Source of the DNA: Octopus vulgaris
Lineage: Eukaryota
NCBI GenBank assembly: GCA_951406725.2
Contig: OX597817.1
Location: 20,584,001-20,648,000, forward strand
Length of the DNA: 64,000 nucleotides
Reading direction: 5' to 3'
The number at the start of each line of letters is the position of its first letter. Positions within the stretch are counted from its first letter, which is position 1. The translations under genes were made by a program, and so were the position numbers. Below, one piece after another: positions 39,500 to 53,200 of this stretch. Under the pieces are notes generated by a model. That model was not told the origin of the DNA. It ran no database searches and was given only the letters and a program-made list of their open reading frames with translations.

Positions 39500-40130
39500 G
39501 AAAGAATATGAGACGGTATGACACATTACCTATGATTGACCAGTGGACACTTTGCAATGTGTATGGATTTGACAGAGAAAATATGTGGTACAAACATAAA
39601 CCCGAAAGCATCATCGAAAATGATAATGCAGAGAACCTATGGGATTTTATGATTCAGTGCGACCATGACATAGGGAACAGGGAACCAGACATAGTCTTAA
39701 TTGAGAAAGAAAGAAAGCTATGTTTCATCATAGATATAGTATGCCCAGCTGACAAGAAGGCATGCAATAGGGGCTGCAGTAAGCATGTTGTACTTGCAGA
39801 AAACCGCACTGCTAGGAACCGCTCGATGGTGCAGGAAAAATAGGGAAGAAAGAAATGTCGAGGGATATGACAGGTTAGCTTGGGAGGTTAAGCAGTTGTG
39901 GTCGGTGAAAAAGGTAGTAGTAGTAGTAGTGCCAATAATTGTTGGAGCCCTGGTAACAGTGAGTAATAAATCTTGCGAAGTAGGCGGAACAATTTGGGGC
40001 TGCAATAAGCGTGGAGCACTTGCAGAAAGCTACACTGCTTGGAACCACTTGATGGTGTACGAAACATAGAGGGATGTTACCTTAGTTCACTGTTAGTGAA
40101 CAGCGTATGCTGTAGTACACCTCCAGCATT
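39500..40130 (+). mobile_element. R4/Dong-type LINE C-terminal restriction-like endonuclease fragment
   Basis: WYKHKPESIIENDNAENLWDFMIQCDHDIGNREPDIVLIEKERKLCFIIDIVCP...YDRLAWEVKQLWSVKKVVVV..PIIVGAL...LQKATLLGT, containing the R.PD..D and PIIVGAL motifs. Confidence 0.88.
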
Positions 40131-40149
40131 ATTTGTGAATGACAAATGC

Positions 40150-40431
40150 AAAAAAGTCTGAATATTGATTGACTTGAGAATACCGTGTGATCATAATAGC
40201 TCGGCAAAAGAATTTTAGTTAAGAAAATATAAATATCTGCTGATTGAAATCGTAAAGATGCAGCATCTCAAAACAGCTACAATATCAGTGATTCTAAGAG
40301 CACTTGGAAGGATCAGAAATGTAACTGAAAATAATTTAAGTATGTTCCCTGGCTTATCATCCATGCAGGATGTGGACAAAATTGTCTCAAGTGGTACGTC
40401 ACACGTATTGATAAGATCATTGTTGCTGTAA
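40150..40431 (+). mobile_element. Second R4/Dong-type C-terminal fragment (different subfamily)
   Basis: ILIDLRIPCDHNSSAKEF*LRKYKYLLIEIVKMQHLKTATISVILRALGRI...MFPGLSSMQDVDKIVSSGTSHVLIRSLLL*. Confidence 0.78.
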
Positions 40432-40682
40432 TTTTTTCTTCTTCTTCTCCTTTATTTGTTTACTTTTCTATTTTTTTAATTTTCCTTTTTCTCTCTGTCT
40501 TACCCTTTTTCTCTATCATATTACTGTGTAATTGAACATTCTGGTGAGTTTGTTTTAATGGCCGACCAATGTATACAGTACTTTTCTCTGCACAAGATGT
40601 CAGAAAAACACTTGTCATGAAATGGAAAGAGAATTGAAAGCAGATGCTAATGTAAATGATAACAATATGAATAATATTAATA

Positions 40683-40890
40683 GTTTCAAAGTTTGACACA
40701 AGGCCAGCAATTTCGGTGGAGGTGTAAGTTGATTACAACTATCCTTGTGCATGATTGGTACATCATTTATTGCCCGGAAATATGAAAGGCCGAATCGATT
40801 GCAGTGGAATTTCAACTGGTTATGACGGAAGTGGTTATGATGGACGACATGCCACTAAGCATTCTGCCCAGCGTGCCTACGATACTGCAA
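40683..40890 (-). mobile_element. SINE family B, diverged
   Basis: GTTTCAAAGTTTGACACAAGGCCAGCAATTTC...ATGAAAGGC...GGAATTTCAAC...CTAAGCATTCTGCCCAGCGTGC. Confidence 0.7.
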
Positions 40891-41854
40891 TAGGCTCAAG
40901 AACTGAAGGTTGGGAGAAGTGAGCTGGTTGAGTACGTCGACCCTAGTAGTGAATTGAAACATATTTGACCGAGAACAAAGGCTGAAAGTCAGCGTTATGT
41001 TTATATTTATGATCGCTGGATGCAATTATTCTTTCCTTCTTCCCTCTTTACCATCGAAAGCATAGCAGTCAAGACGAAGCTTGTAACCTATTTAATCAGT
41101 AACCATTGTCGTGTCTTCCCATCAGCAGATGTTCAGTAAATGCGCTTAAATTTGCTTCATGTAATAAACTGAAATTAACACGAACACACATGCACACACA
41201 CATATTTATAAATATAAATATATATATATATATATATATGCGTATGTATGTATGTGTACATGTGAGAGTATGTAGATGTATACGTGTGTATGTATATGCA
41301 TTGTCATATACACAAACACACGCCCACATACTTATACCACCAACCCATTTCCCCATGTTGCGTAATGGCTTTTATCACGGTATTCGCTTGGGAGCAACTT
41401 TGCGGTTGTTGCGCGCGTGTCTGTATGAGTACATATGCGTGGGTGCCTGTTGATTGATCCTTGAGAAAGTTTGGCAATAAAAATCACGAGCACTGTTTCT
41501 ATTTCGCTTCAAAACAGTTAAATAATTAACCAATTAAATAATCGATTGCGTGACTGAACATCATATGATCAATTAGCTTGTTGATGTGTCCGTGTCATTT
41601 CGTCGCCAATTGCAAGCACACCAATGCTGTGTCGTTATTTCTTTCAGTTTGTCATGATAGCATCGATATATTGTGTTTTCTTGTGGTACTTAGTGTAACT
41701 AGAATGTATTTATGTGTGTCGGTCTACGTGTACTTCTTTTTAGTTTCAGGGATTGATATGGGACTTGGTTTATGTATCATTGGTCGAAAATTATGGGCAC
41801 ACGCGTCTGTATATGTGCATTTGTATACGCGCTTTACAGTGTGTACATATGTTT

Positions 41855-42075
41855 GTTAGTTAGTTAGTTAATTTTTTTGGCTCAAAAAGCAAAAAACAAG
41901 GCCATGTAGGGGGACATGGAGTTATGTACAGGGTGGTGTTCATGTAAAGAGTTCAGGTCACTTGAGGTCAAGGGAGAGTTTGAACCGAGCGGTCGTCGGC
42001 ATCTTCACCATCTCGTTTGGCAGATTATTCCACGGATCCGCAACCCGTACAGAGAAAGCCCCTCTCCTTCGATTG
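41855..42075 (-). mobile_element. CR1-clade LINE 3' end with (TAAC)n tail
   Basis: Same family as 37691 (CAATCGAAGGAGAGGGGC...GGATCCGTGGAATAA...GATGCCGACGA); continues through a stop, the 3' UTR and an AATTAACTAACTAAC tail. Confidence 0.88.
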
Positions 42076-42138
42076 CACGTGACTATGCTTGTAATGTTGT
42101 GCAGGATTGAAAGTTGCAATTTCCTGCGTGTTTCCTGG

Positions 42139-42400
42139 CGAGGCTGTGTGGAAAGAAGCGTGGTTTCAAACCATATGATTTGGGGTCAGTACCACTGCGT
42201 AGGACCTTCAATGAGGGTCTACTAAAATTACCTTGGGCCGACCAAATGATCATGGGTGCATTTAGCACAGAGAAATTGAAAGATGCTCGTGGTATACATG
42301 TATATATACATATATGTGCGTCTCTGTCTGAGTGTGTGGGTGTCATCCACTGATTCACAATCACTGCTGGTGTGCTTACGTCCTGGAAACTTAGGGGATC
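42139..42400 (+). mobile_element. SINE family A, diverged
   Basis: GGCTGTGTGGAAAGAAGC...GGTCAGTACCACTGCGT...GGGCCGACCAAA...TGCTGGTGTGCTTACGTCC. Confidence 0.75.
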
Positions 42401-42500
42401 GACAGAAGAGACCTTTACCACAAGAACAAAGCTTTAAAAGAAGTACTAGCCCTGATACATTCCAATAAAATTTCTTGAAGATAAATAAAATATGTGTGTG

Positions 42501-42557
<57 letters not shown>

Positions 42558-42950
42558 GTGCATGCATGCAATACATACATGTGCTTACATACATACATTC
42601 ATATATATATATATATATACAGAGAGAAAGAGAAAGAGAGAGAGAGAGAAAGATATATAGATATATATATATATATATATATATAGTCATTTGAAGGATG
42701 TCAAATCCTCATTTGAAGGATTAATAAATTCCAAAATTCACTAGCTCAATCTCCATCATAGAAGAAATTGTCCACGATATCTTTGGGATTATTTTAATAT
42801 GTATTACTAATATGGTAAGAAAATGGCGAGTTGGGGATGTGTAGCAAATTTATTTGTATCATTGTTTGAAGTTAAAATTTAAACACGTCTTTCGAATGTA
42901 GAAAATTTGCAGATATATTCAATGGAAAATTCGCAGATATATTCTGTATA

Positions 42951-43351
42951 TACTCTTTTACTCTTTTACTTGTTTCAGTCATTTGACTGTGGCCATGCTG
43001 GAGCACCGCCTTTAGTCGAGCAAATCGACCCCGGGGCTTATTCTTTGTAAGCCCAGTACTTATTCTATCGGGTTTTTTTGCTGAACCGCTAAGTGACGGG
43101 GACATAAACACACCAGCATCGGTTGTCAAGCAATGCTAGGGGGACAAACACACACACATACACATATACATATATATATACATATATACGACAGGCCTCT
43201 TTCAGCTTCCGTCTACCAAATCCACTGACAAGGCATTGGTCGGCCCGGGGCTATAGCAGAAGACACTTGCCGAAGATGACACGCAGCGGGACTGAACCCG
43301 GAACCATGTGGTTGGTAAGCAAGCTACTTACCACACAGCCACTCTTGCGCC
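42951..43351 (-). mobile_element. SINE family A, full length
   Basis: (TACTCTTT)n tail at 42951 and head at 43351; highly similar to the 21871 and 25252 copies. Confidence 0.93.
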
Positions 43352-43355
43352 TATG

Positions 43356-43391
<36 letters not shown>

Positions 43392-43990
43392 AATACACAG
43401 ATATACATGCTTACATATATGTATGTATACCTATAATAATATATGTTTGCTTGTGCGTGTGCAAGCTACTTACCACACAGCCACTAGTGCGTAACTATAT
43501 AGTGTAACTATATTTTACAAGAGGTTTTACACGCACACACACACACACAAACACACACACGCACACACACACGAATATGCATTCACACATAAATACTTAA
43601 GATCATGCATATAATCAACACACAAATGTATTGATATAAAAAAAGTAAAGTAGAAAAATCCACCTGAAGAGTTCATACACATACGTGCCTAAACTGTACG
43701 GGCAACAACAAAACACACTATATCCCTCTCTGGATTGATCATTACAGACCTGAAACGACAACGACAACTTATTTATAAAGTATTGAAAAGAAGTGACTCA
43801 TTGACCGGAAAACGAGTAATCAGTCATTAAGTTAATTGGTTAATTACTTAATGGATAAAGCGAAAGTAGAGGTGAAATAAATAACGCCAGTGCTTTCTGA
43901 CGCGATGACAAGGATGGACGAAATATGATATGATATGATAAGATATGATATAATACGATATGGCATGATATGATATGATACGATATAATA

Positions 43991-44038
<48 letters not shown>

Positions 44039-44244
44039 ATGTATGTATTTATCTTTGCACATATGTATATACATGCATATATACATTCATACATGCTTAG
44101 AAGTATATATACATGCATATATGCATATATACATACATAAATACATACACATATGTGCGTATCTGAGTAAAGTGTTACTATTCCATATATGTAGATGTTT
44201 AATCTTTGCTACGCATTGACATAATCAAGAAAAAGCAAATATAG

Positions 44245-44428
44245 TTTTCTACCCTGGGCACAAAGCCCGAAATTTTGGTGAGGAGCCAGTCGATTAAATC
44301 GACTCCAGTCCGCAAATGGTGCTTAATTTATCGACCCCGAAAGATGAAAGGCAAAGTTGGCCTCGGTGGAATTTGAATACAGAACGTAGTGAGCTGGTGT
44401 GCTAACGATTCTGCCAGATCGCCGTCTT
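44245..44428 (-). mobile_element. SINE family B
   Basis: TTTCTACCCTGGGCACAAAGCCCGAAATTTTG...TTATCGACCCCGAAAGATGAAAGGCAAAGT...GCTAACGATTCTGCCAGATCGCCG. Confidence 0.85.
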
Positions 44429-45833
44429 AGAAAAAGTAAATATCACAGGTATATAGCAGACGGGTCTGAACTAATGTGTTTATTACTTTTAAAATGATTA
44501 GGTAAAAAGGATTGCTAACACACACTCACGCACATAATAATAATAATAATTAACAAATAATATCTGAGTATTTGAAACATGCATTATTAATCAATTGGAG
44601 TGATGTGATACACTTTGCTGTCCTTCCATGAATGCTGAATTTTACATGGCTGATGTTCTCTTTTGAAATATGTATACTAATATTTCTATATAGTTTACTC
44701 ACTGAAAGTGAAAATTGTTAGTATACTTGTGAATTATGGCCATGCCATTTCACTTTCGGCGAATATTTTCCTCTCCATTATAACTATATGTATTGTTGCT
44801 TCCCGTATTGTGTAAATGCAAGCAGATTCCTCTTTTCAGGGCCAGCTTAGAAAAACCTACGCAATTTTGCGGGTTGGCACCAATTTAGAAGTGCTGTTCT
44901 GCCTACGAGAATGCTACTTTCACGGCCATCTTAATTGAAAGATAGTGTTTTATGACATGCTCATATTTGAATTTGCACGAAGTATAACTACTGGGTGAGG
45001 CGATATACGATATAAATTTGCTTTTTGTATTATATTGTGGCTGCTTGAGAGAAGTGTGAGCAGAAGAAATTCCCAACGTGTTGCAAACATCATTCATCGC
45101 CTGACAACCTCACATCAGCCGAATGTAAATCATTTCCAGTCGTGGAGTTTATAATCGTTTCCCTTTTTATTATGTTGCTTCTAATACTCTTTCCAAGTTT
45201 CCACATATAATTAGTCACCATATGAATAATATGCAGAAGGTAAAATGCATATATATCCAGAATCGTAGACCGAAAATGCACGGAATGTTTCGTATACGTT
45301 TATAGTTTATTTATATTGTATTACCGTATTTATTAAGAAATGGGTGTATGTTTTATTGCTGCCTTCATGTGGTTTTGAAGAGTTGCTAATCATACATTCC
45401 AGAGAAAAAAAAATAATAAACTCGCGCAGGGATGGAATGGTATATGGTTAACGCTTTCGGAAAATGGACTGTGAATAGTAGTTATTTGAGAAGTAATAAA
45501 TGAAACGAAATGCTACGAATGGACCAGTAGTTATTGAACCCCATGTAGCACAGGATGAAACAGCTTAAAGCAAATAATAACCATTGGACCTGCGCTAGGA
45601 AAGTCAGAGAAACGAGAATAAAGGTCTCTGGCACAGAGATGGAAATATCACCGAGATCAAATTAATAGCAACCTGACGAGATTCATTTTGGATGCTAAAA
45701 TGTATGAATGAATACTGGCAAATCTGTCCGAATTCCGGTAGATATAAACCAATGTTAGAAAATCTCCACTTTGGTTAAGGGTAGTGATCAATGAATATGT
45801 AATGTATTGATTCTGAAAAAGGCCAGATTTGCC

Positions 45834-46097
45834 ATGGCGTTCAACTACATTCTGAATGCTAGTGAGGCAAGAGGAGTTATTGGTGGTATTCATACAAATA
45901 ATAGCACATGGAACTCAAATGTTACTGATCTACTTCTAGATAACGTTAACCTACCAGCGGGGTTTTATGAGAGCTTAGCAGTGAATTTGTGCTTGAATGC
46001 AGCGAGCGGGCTCGCGTCTTTGAGGAGATTCACTACCGCCACATTACTTGATTTGGCAGCTCTGAAGCGAATGGATGACGATTCCCTACTGGGAGAA
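45834..46097 (+). CDS. Candidate first coding exon of a host gene (88 aa; resembles a GPCR extracellular N-terminus)
   Basis: Kozak context TTTGCCATGG. Non-repetitive, GC-elevated ORF MAFNYILNASEARGVIGGIHTNNSTWNSNVTDLLLDNVNLPAGFYESLAVNLCLNAASGLASLRRFTTATLLDLAALKRMDDDSLLGE with four N-X-S/T sequons in the first 31 aa. Ends at a possible phase-0 donor AA|GTGTGT. The product is inferred. Confidence 0.55.
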
Positions 46098-46241
46098 GTG
46101 TGTGTGTGTGTGTGTGTCTGTGTTTGTGTGAATTTGTGTGTTACCGCGCGCGTTTATGCACCATACCAAACAAAAATACCACGTCAAATTTGACATAACG
46201 ATTTTATTTTCATGTTAATAGTTCTTCTATCTCCAATGGTT

Positions 46242-46350
<109 letters not shown>

Positions 46351-46356
46351 TCAAAA

Positions 46357-46548
46357 CGTGACCGCTTGTGTACAGTTGGCGATTTTTTTCCACCGTCTTC
46401 CCTTGTTTGGATCTTTCCTTTTCCTATGCTTCTTACGAAAAGCTCCGCTCGAAACGTTAAACCTTCCATCTTTCCTGAGCGTCCAATACTTGTTCCACAT
46501 CCTCGCGTTGTTGTGTTTTCTCTTTGTGTTTTCATGTTTGGATTAACT
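46357..46548 (+). mobile_element. PLE pLTR-like remnant (same family as 22552) with degenerate hammerhead
   Basis: GCTT-CTTACGA-AAAGCTCCGCTC-GAAACGTT-AAAC at 46428-46462, flanked by (TA)n and (CA)n. Confidence 0.72.
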
Positions 46549-46570
46549 ACATATACACACACACACACAT

Positions 46571-46900
<330 letters not shown>

Positions 46901-47279
46901 AATAGATATAAAGATTCAGTGGAATTAGGTACTTAAGTTGAAGCACGAAGTTAGTCCGGTATTATCCGCACAGCCTGAAGTGAGGTAAATAAAATCAAAA
47001 TAAGCAACAGGCTATTAAGTAGTGATACAGTACGACTATTTCAAGCGGCACCATTTAATAGAACAATGCAATCATTAGATCAAATTAAATTCAATACCAT
47101 CTTCAGCTGCACAAATATAAATGGAATTTTAAGAAGTAGGACACGTCAATATATTTTCAATATATTTCCCTCAAATATTTTAACAGAACAAGATGAAATA
47201 ATTTTTTTTTTTTGCTTTTGTAGCTAAGATTAGACTATAACTTCCACGAATCACACACAAACACACACTCACACACACA

Positions 47280-47311
<32 letters not shown>

Positions 47312-47317
47312 AACACA

Positions 47318-47387
<70 letters not shown>

Positions 47388-49790
47388 CGTATATATATAC
47401 CTATGTATGTACATGTATATGTGTTTATATATGTATGTGTATGTGTGTGTGTGCGCTTGTGTGTATGTATGGAATTACACTTCATCTTTAATGCTTGCTC
47501 CGATGTAGTCGTATACTCAGCAGCTTCAATAATTATTAGCTGTATTTTGATTTTCAAATATTAAAAAAATATATATCATATATTTTGTCCTCTTACAATG
47601 TATGTCACTTTCAAACGACAATTAGTTGATTTATGTTTGAAGGCTAAATCCAATATCAAATCATATAAATATCAGCATCTCAGAATTATTTCTCTGATAA
47701 GAGACAAGCGATTACTTAAAACTTTAATGAAGCACCTTTCACATCAATATATAACAATATGGTTTTAATAAAGCAATATAGCGCACATCTTGATTTTGTA
47801 TAAAATGTATAAAGTGATATCTATTATATAATATGATCGAATACATAATTCTTCCTACCCTGCAAATGCAATTTCTATTTCATATTGAGCAATATATTTA
47901 GTTTCGAAGGATTGGCTAATGCGAAGAGATTCATTATTTCGTTGATATTACGAATTATATATATATATATATATATAGATAGATAGATCGATAAATATAT
48001 ATATATATATATATATATAAGTATTTATATATACATATACATCCATATATGTATATATATACATGTATATATACATTTATATATAGTGTATGTGCGTGTG
48101 TTCGTGTGAGTGTGTGTATGTGTGTATACACAGCAGATCAGTTGGCATGTATAATAATCGAAGAATTGATTTTATTTAATATTCAGCAAGTAATATATTT
48201 TCAATTATCAAATTATGTTTACATCTGATTCGGATGTGTGTTTCTGTGTTAGTGTGTGTGTGTCGGTACACATGTATGGATATATATAGATGTATATATG
48301 AACGTATGAATGTATGTGTGCGTGTATATGAATTCGTGAAGAGAGATAGATCATGCAGAACGATAGGTAATTGATTTCGAGGGATTTATGACTTAGCGAT
48401 TATAGAGAACACTGTTAAAACTTTTTAACATTCAGGAAAATAATTCCAGCCTTTCAGCCACATTAGAATGAAATCTAATTGCACCAAATCATTGTAAATG
48501 CTACCCAAACTTATTTGTAGTTGCGTCAGCAGCTGTTTCGAAATACGTTCTAGAGTACATTTTTGCAACGAAAGTATAAAATGCTACCACATCATAAATA
48601 TAATATACACATATATGTGTATATGTGTGTGCCTATAAGTACAACGATACATAAACCACTACAATGAATGCAATAGCAACAAGGAAAGTAATTCGGTGCA
48701 AAATCTTAGCGAGACAAGAACAATGCTTGAATTTTCATCTTTACTTCAATATTTTTCGCTTCTACAATGGTTCACATCCTTTCATTAAAGTCGCTTACCG
48801 AAATATCAATGTATCATCATAATCTATTCCACAATGATTCATATAAAATACAATACCTGCATAAATGCATAAATACAAACATACACACAATACACACTGA
48901 TACACACACTTTTATATTCGTATATATTTTATATATATGTGTATATATGTGTGTGCACATACACACACTCGCACACACACAAACATGAACGCTATATACT
49001 GAAAGTATTTGGTATATATATATATAGGCTCATTGATAGATATACTCATCTTTCATTCGCTTGCGAGTGAGAGTGTTGAATATGCATGAAGTCCTAATTC
49101 CTCACACATTAGATAGCGTTATGTCGAAATTATTAACTATCCTAACGCTAAAAGTAAATAGACGTCCCATTTTCCCCTCTTGCGGAAGTAACCTTCGCAA
49201 ATCATAAATTAATTTCGCATTAATTGTACAACTGAATAAAATATTTTGATTTAAATATGAAGTTACATCTGAAAATATCGCTAGCATTTTCCGGTTTGAA
49301 ACTTAATTATGATGACCATCTCTTTCCTTTTCCCCGTTAAAATTTCGTAGAATCACATACATTTGTCTATGCAATAATCTAATTTCATTTTAAGATCGTT
49401 TTAATTCTTTGAACTGAGAGTGGACGAGAACATTTCAATAACAATTATCCTTTTGCATATTTATTGTACCGCAATATATTTCTTATTCCATCATAATTCT
49501 TGACAAATTAATTTCTGAAACTCCAGCAAATGGTCTACGGTAACATAAATGTTTCTGTTACACGCTTCAACCATTATATGGGAAAAATAAGTGCAATGTA
49601 ATGACAAGTGGCCGATTGAGGTAATTAATTAAAATATTCCACTGCACTTGGTGTACAACGAATTTATTCAAATGATCTAAAGGCGTTAATTATTCTGAGG
49701 GAAGGTTTATTACTGTCAGATTCTAAATAATGGATATTATCTTCTTAAATTTCACCTTACTATATTCGGGAATTTGAAATCTGTATTTGC

Positions 49791-49838
<48 letters not shown>

Positions 49839-50099
49839 CTTTTACGACGTCCATTCTGTATTTGTTTTCTATGCTTTTACCAGAAATTGTTGAAGTTAAT
49901 TATATATGTTATACTGGATTTCGAATGCATCTTCAGAAGAAATTTGAAATAACGTTAAGTATTCTCATTTAAATCAATTCTGATGTGATGGTAAGCTTTC
50001 TTTGCATATGAGTTACTTATAGTTTTCAAATACTTGTGCTGTACATTTGCTCAATCCCTCCAATTGATCGATATTGATTGACTGTGTGCACGATATACC

Positions 50100-50245
50100 A
50101 CCCGTCAGTTGCTGAAGTGACCGGAGAGCAAAGTGAGATGAAGTGTTTTGCTGGAAATCGAATGCACTACCCGGTCAAGGAATTGAAATAACTATATCGC
50201 AATCGTCAGTGCAACACCTTAAACGCTAGGACATCCGACCCCAGC
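50100..50245 (-). mobile_element. Old CORE-type SINE (family D-like)
   Basis: GCTGAAGTGACCGGAGAGCAAAGTGAGATGAAGTGTTTTGCT...CCGGTCAAGGAATTGAA...GCAATCG aligns loosely to 38675-38790. Confidence 0.55.
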
Positions 50246-53200
50246 ATTTATGGTGATGTATTAATTGCAAAATGAGTACTGTAACATTACCTCATTATTG
50301 AAATCAAAGATTAGAACCTGCCTGAGATTCATAACGCCGTTTTCAATATTTAGTGTTGGTTTCACTAATTCCATGCATAAAAAAATACATAATATATTCT
50401 AAATTGTTCCTTTATATGCAATACTGAAACATAATGCTCCTCGGAACATTTGTTTTCTTCTATGGACCAATTGATTATAATTGTCTGTTTCAAGAAACGT
50501 TGACACTTCGGTTCATGAGGGTGCATATTATAAATGATTACCGCTCCACTACTCTAAATTGACTGTGCGAATGTTGATGTAAAAATGGTAGAAAATAATT
50601 CATACACTAGTAAAACAAAGTACTTAATTAATAATTATATTAAAGCGAAACCATTTGTATGAGCGTAAGACGCAATGCGAAAAATATTGTACTAAGTAGC
50701 ATTTCCATATAACGCAAAACGTGACACGAAAAGCTAGGAGTTTGTTGAACGCTCAAATGAGGTAATGGTATGTAAAATTTAAAGCAACGAGCAGCTGACT
50801 AGTTAAATTATATTTCTTTAAGAATAACGAATACATATTTGCCATGGCCAGATTCAATTTAAACACCTGTCGGAATCCATTGTTAATCTGAAAGCATTCG
50901 AACAGAGAAGCCCATAGGTATAACATCAATTTTTGCCCCCTTAGATCCACAAAAACTTGATATGAAAATAACGTTTCACGTTTTCAAATATTGAAGAAGT
51001 TAAACAGAGTATTTATTCTATGCTGTCAAAAAATGAACTTGTGTCTGACTATCCTGAATATGAATATTAATAATAAAAAAAAAATCGGTAAAATTGCTTT
51101 ACACTCTAAGAGGGGAAGATGACAATTGCACAAAAATTTTGAAATTGAAAGAGAACAAATTTAGCTTCTAAAACTTTGATGGAAATTATAGTAAAACTTA
51201 AAACCTAATACAATCGGAGCTATGGAGAAATATATAATGCAATAAAAATATAGACACTAGATGCAGGGCATCTATTATAAGCGGATATCTTTTGAGGAAA
51301 TATCTTTAATAAAACAAACAAAGTGAAACTGTAGAACTACCGACGGCATAATAATTGATAAAGTTATAAGATGATTAATAATAATGGTATCATAAAAAAT
51401 AAATCGATTCCGTAGAGTGTAGTGTAGTACAGAAATTATAAAAATTTTAAGAGAGATTCCTATGTACCCGTCAAAAGAATATAGCAAATTCCGAAGCTAC
51501 AGTAACAAATGAAATATTAGACATATGAATTATGATAATGCTTATGCCGAGAATATGGATTTGGGAAGCTAATTTTCTTTTTACTTAAAAATGCGAGAAG
51601 TATAATGTCAAATCTACCAGTAAATTATTTGATATATTTACATTTATAGCGCAAAATATGTATTTTCACTAGGCTAAGTTTAAAATGAAATCGCAGTATA
51701 ATAGAGCCTCATTTATAAAAATATTTATTGTCTTAACAAAAATGATATAATAATAATAATATTAGCGATATTTATAAATCTGAGTTGAAGGATGTCTCGC
51801 TGAAATGCTAAATGTAATATAACATTGTACTAAAACATAATTACACAAATCGTTGGAGAATCAAAATACCCTAAATGGTAAACATTTGAAACGATTGAGA
51901 GATGTGGAAGATCAAAATCAAGGAAAGTGTATATATTTGCGACTGCATAATACTCAATAACTATGATATTACCAATGTTCTCATCAAAATATTTGAAATC
52001 TGTGACGCAAAATCCTTCCATAACGAAAGTCACTTTAAACCTATCCCACATCGGGTTACCAGCATAAATCACTGCCTAGAGATTTTAAGAGAAAACGTAT
52101 TGAACTCCAAGCTCCCTCAAGCTAGATGCTCATTTATTAAGAAAGTGTGACGTGTTGCACAAATGTGAATATCAAACAATATAAAAATTGGCAATCATGT
52201 ATAAGAGAAAACCTAAAAAAATTGTCATCACGCATATGTATGAGAGATATAGAATGCATAAACAAATTCATACTGAGGCAATATATATCAACTATATGTG
52301 AAAATCGATATCGTTATTAACATTATCAGAGAAAAGAATTATTAATTACAAACTGTAGCCTTCTAAAGGCATTATCTTTCATGAGAAAGTTTTTTCGCTC
52401 TCACTCATATGACAACACTAACATATCCATCGAATACCAACTCAGCCTCCTCTCTAATGGACAATATCAAACAACTTAGCTTAATCAAAAATCAAGGAGT
52501 GAGAAAAGAGTGCTTATCAACCTCCACGGCCTCATAGAATTATCAACAGGCCCTCCCATATGAACAGATCGTAAATTATAAATTAACAGTTAAAAATTAT
52601 TAAAATAAATTATAATTATGATTCATGTAGATAATTTGCAAAGCAGGCGAGGTGATTTTTCGCTATCAAAATATTTATTTTGAAGCAAATATAAGTCGAT
52701 ACTTAATTTGAGACAGCGGGAGGCACAAAAGCAAATGTATTGCCAACAGTAACATAAATGTAAAAAAATATTGATTTCTTGAATAGGCTTCTAAGGTCTG
52801 ACAGATGAAGTAGACCTCAACGGCATTTTACTGTCGGAAGGTTAGAAGACGAAATAAAATATAGCTCAGTAGTTCATATATAATTTAATCCAATACTTTT
52901 TGTACCATTAAAAATATACGCCTATCATAGAAGTTGGGATACATATATGAGAGTCTCTATATATTATGCAGAAAATCTATTTTAACTCTTCATCAGTTAA
53001 ACACTAAATTTATAGTGAAGTTCTATCACATATTACATGATAATGATTATGTTAATTAACGTTCATATTTTGAATTATGGGCATTTAAATTATCACATTT
53101 TTATTTGATATTTCTAGATTAATTCATAAAATGAATGCTGATATTTTGGTGGCGATACCTTTAATTATTCAAAAATTCTAGTAACAATTATTAGCGTTTC

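Noticed and set aside
43649-43692. Hammerhead-like CCACCTGAAGAG...CCTAAACTGTACGGG
   Set aside because: It lacks the G of GAAA and stem II does not pair; at best an eroded relic.
50839-50891. Second GCCATGG Kozak-like start
   Set aside because: The ORF closes after 15 codons.
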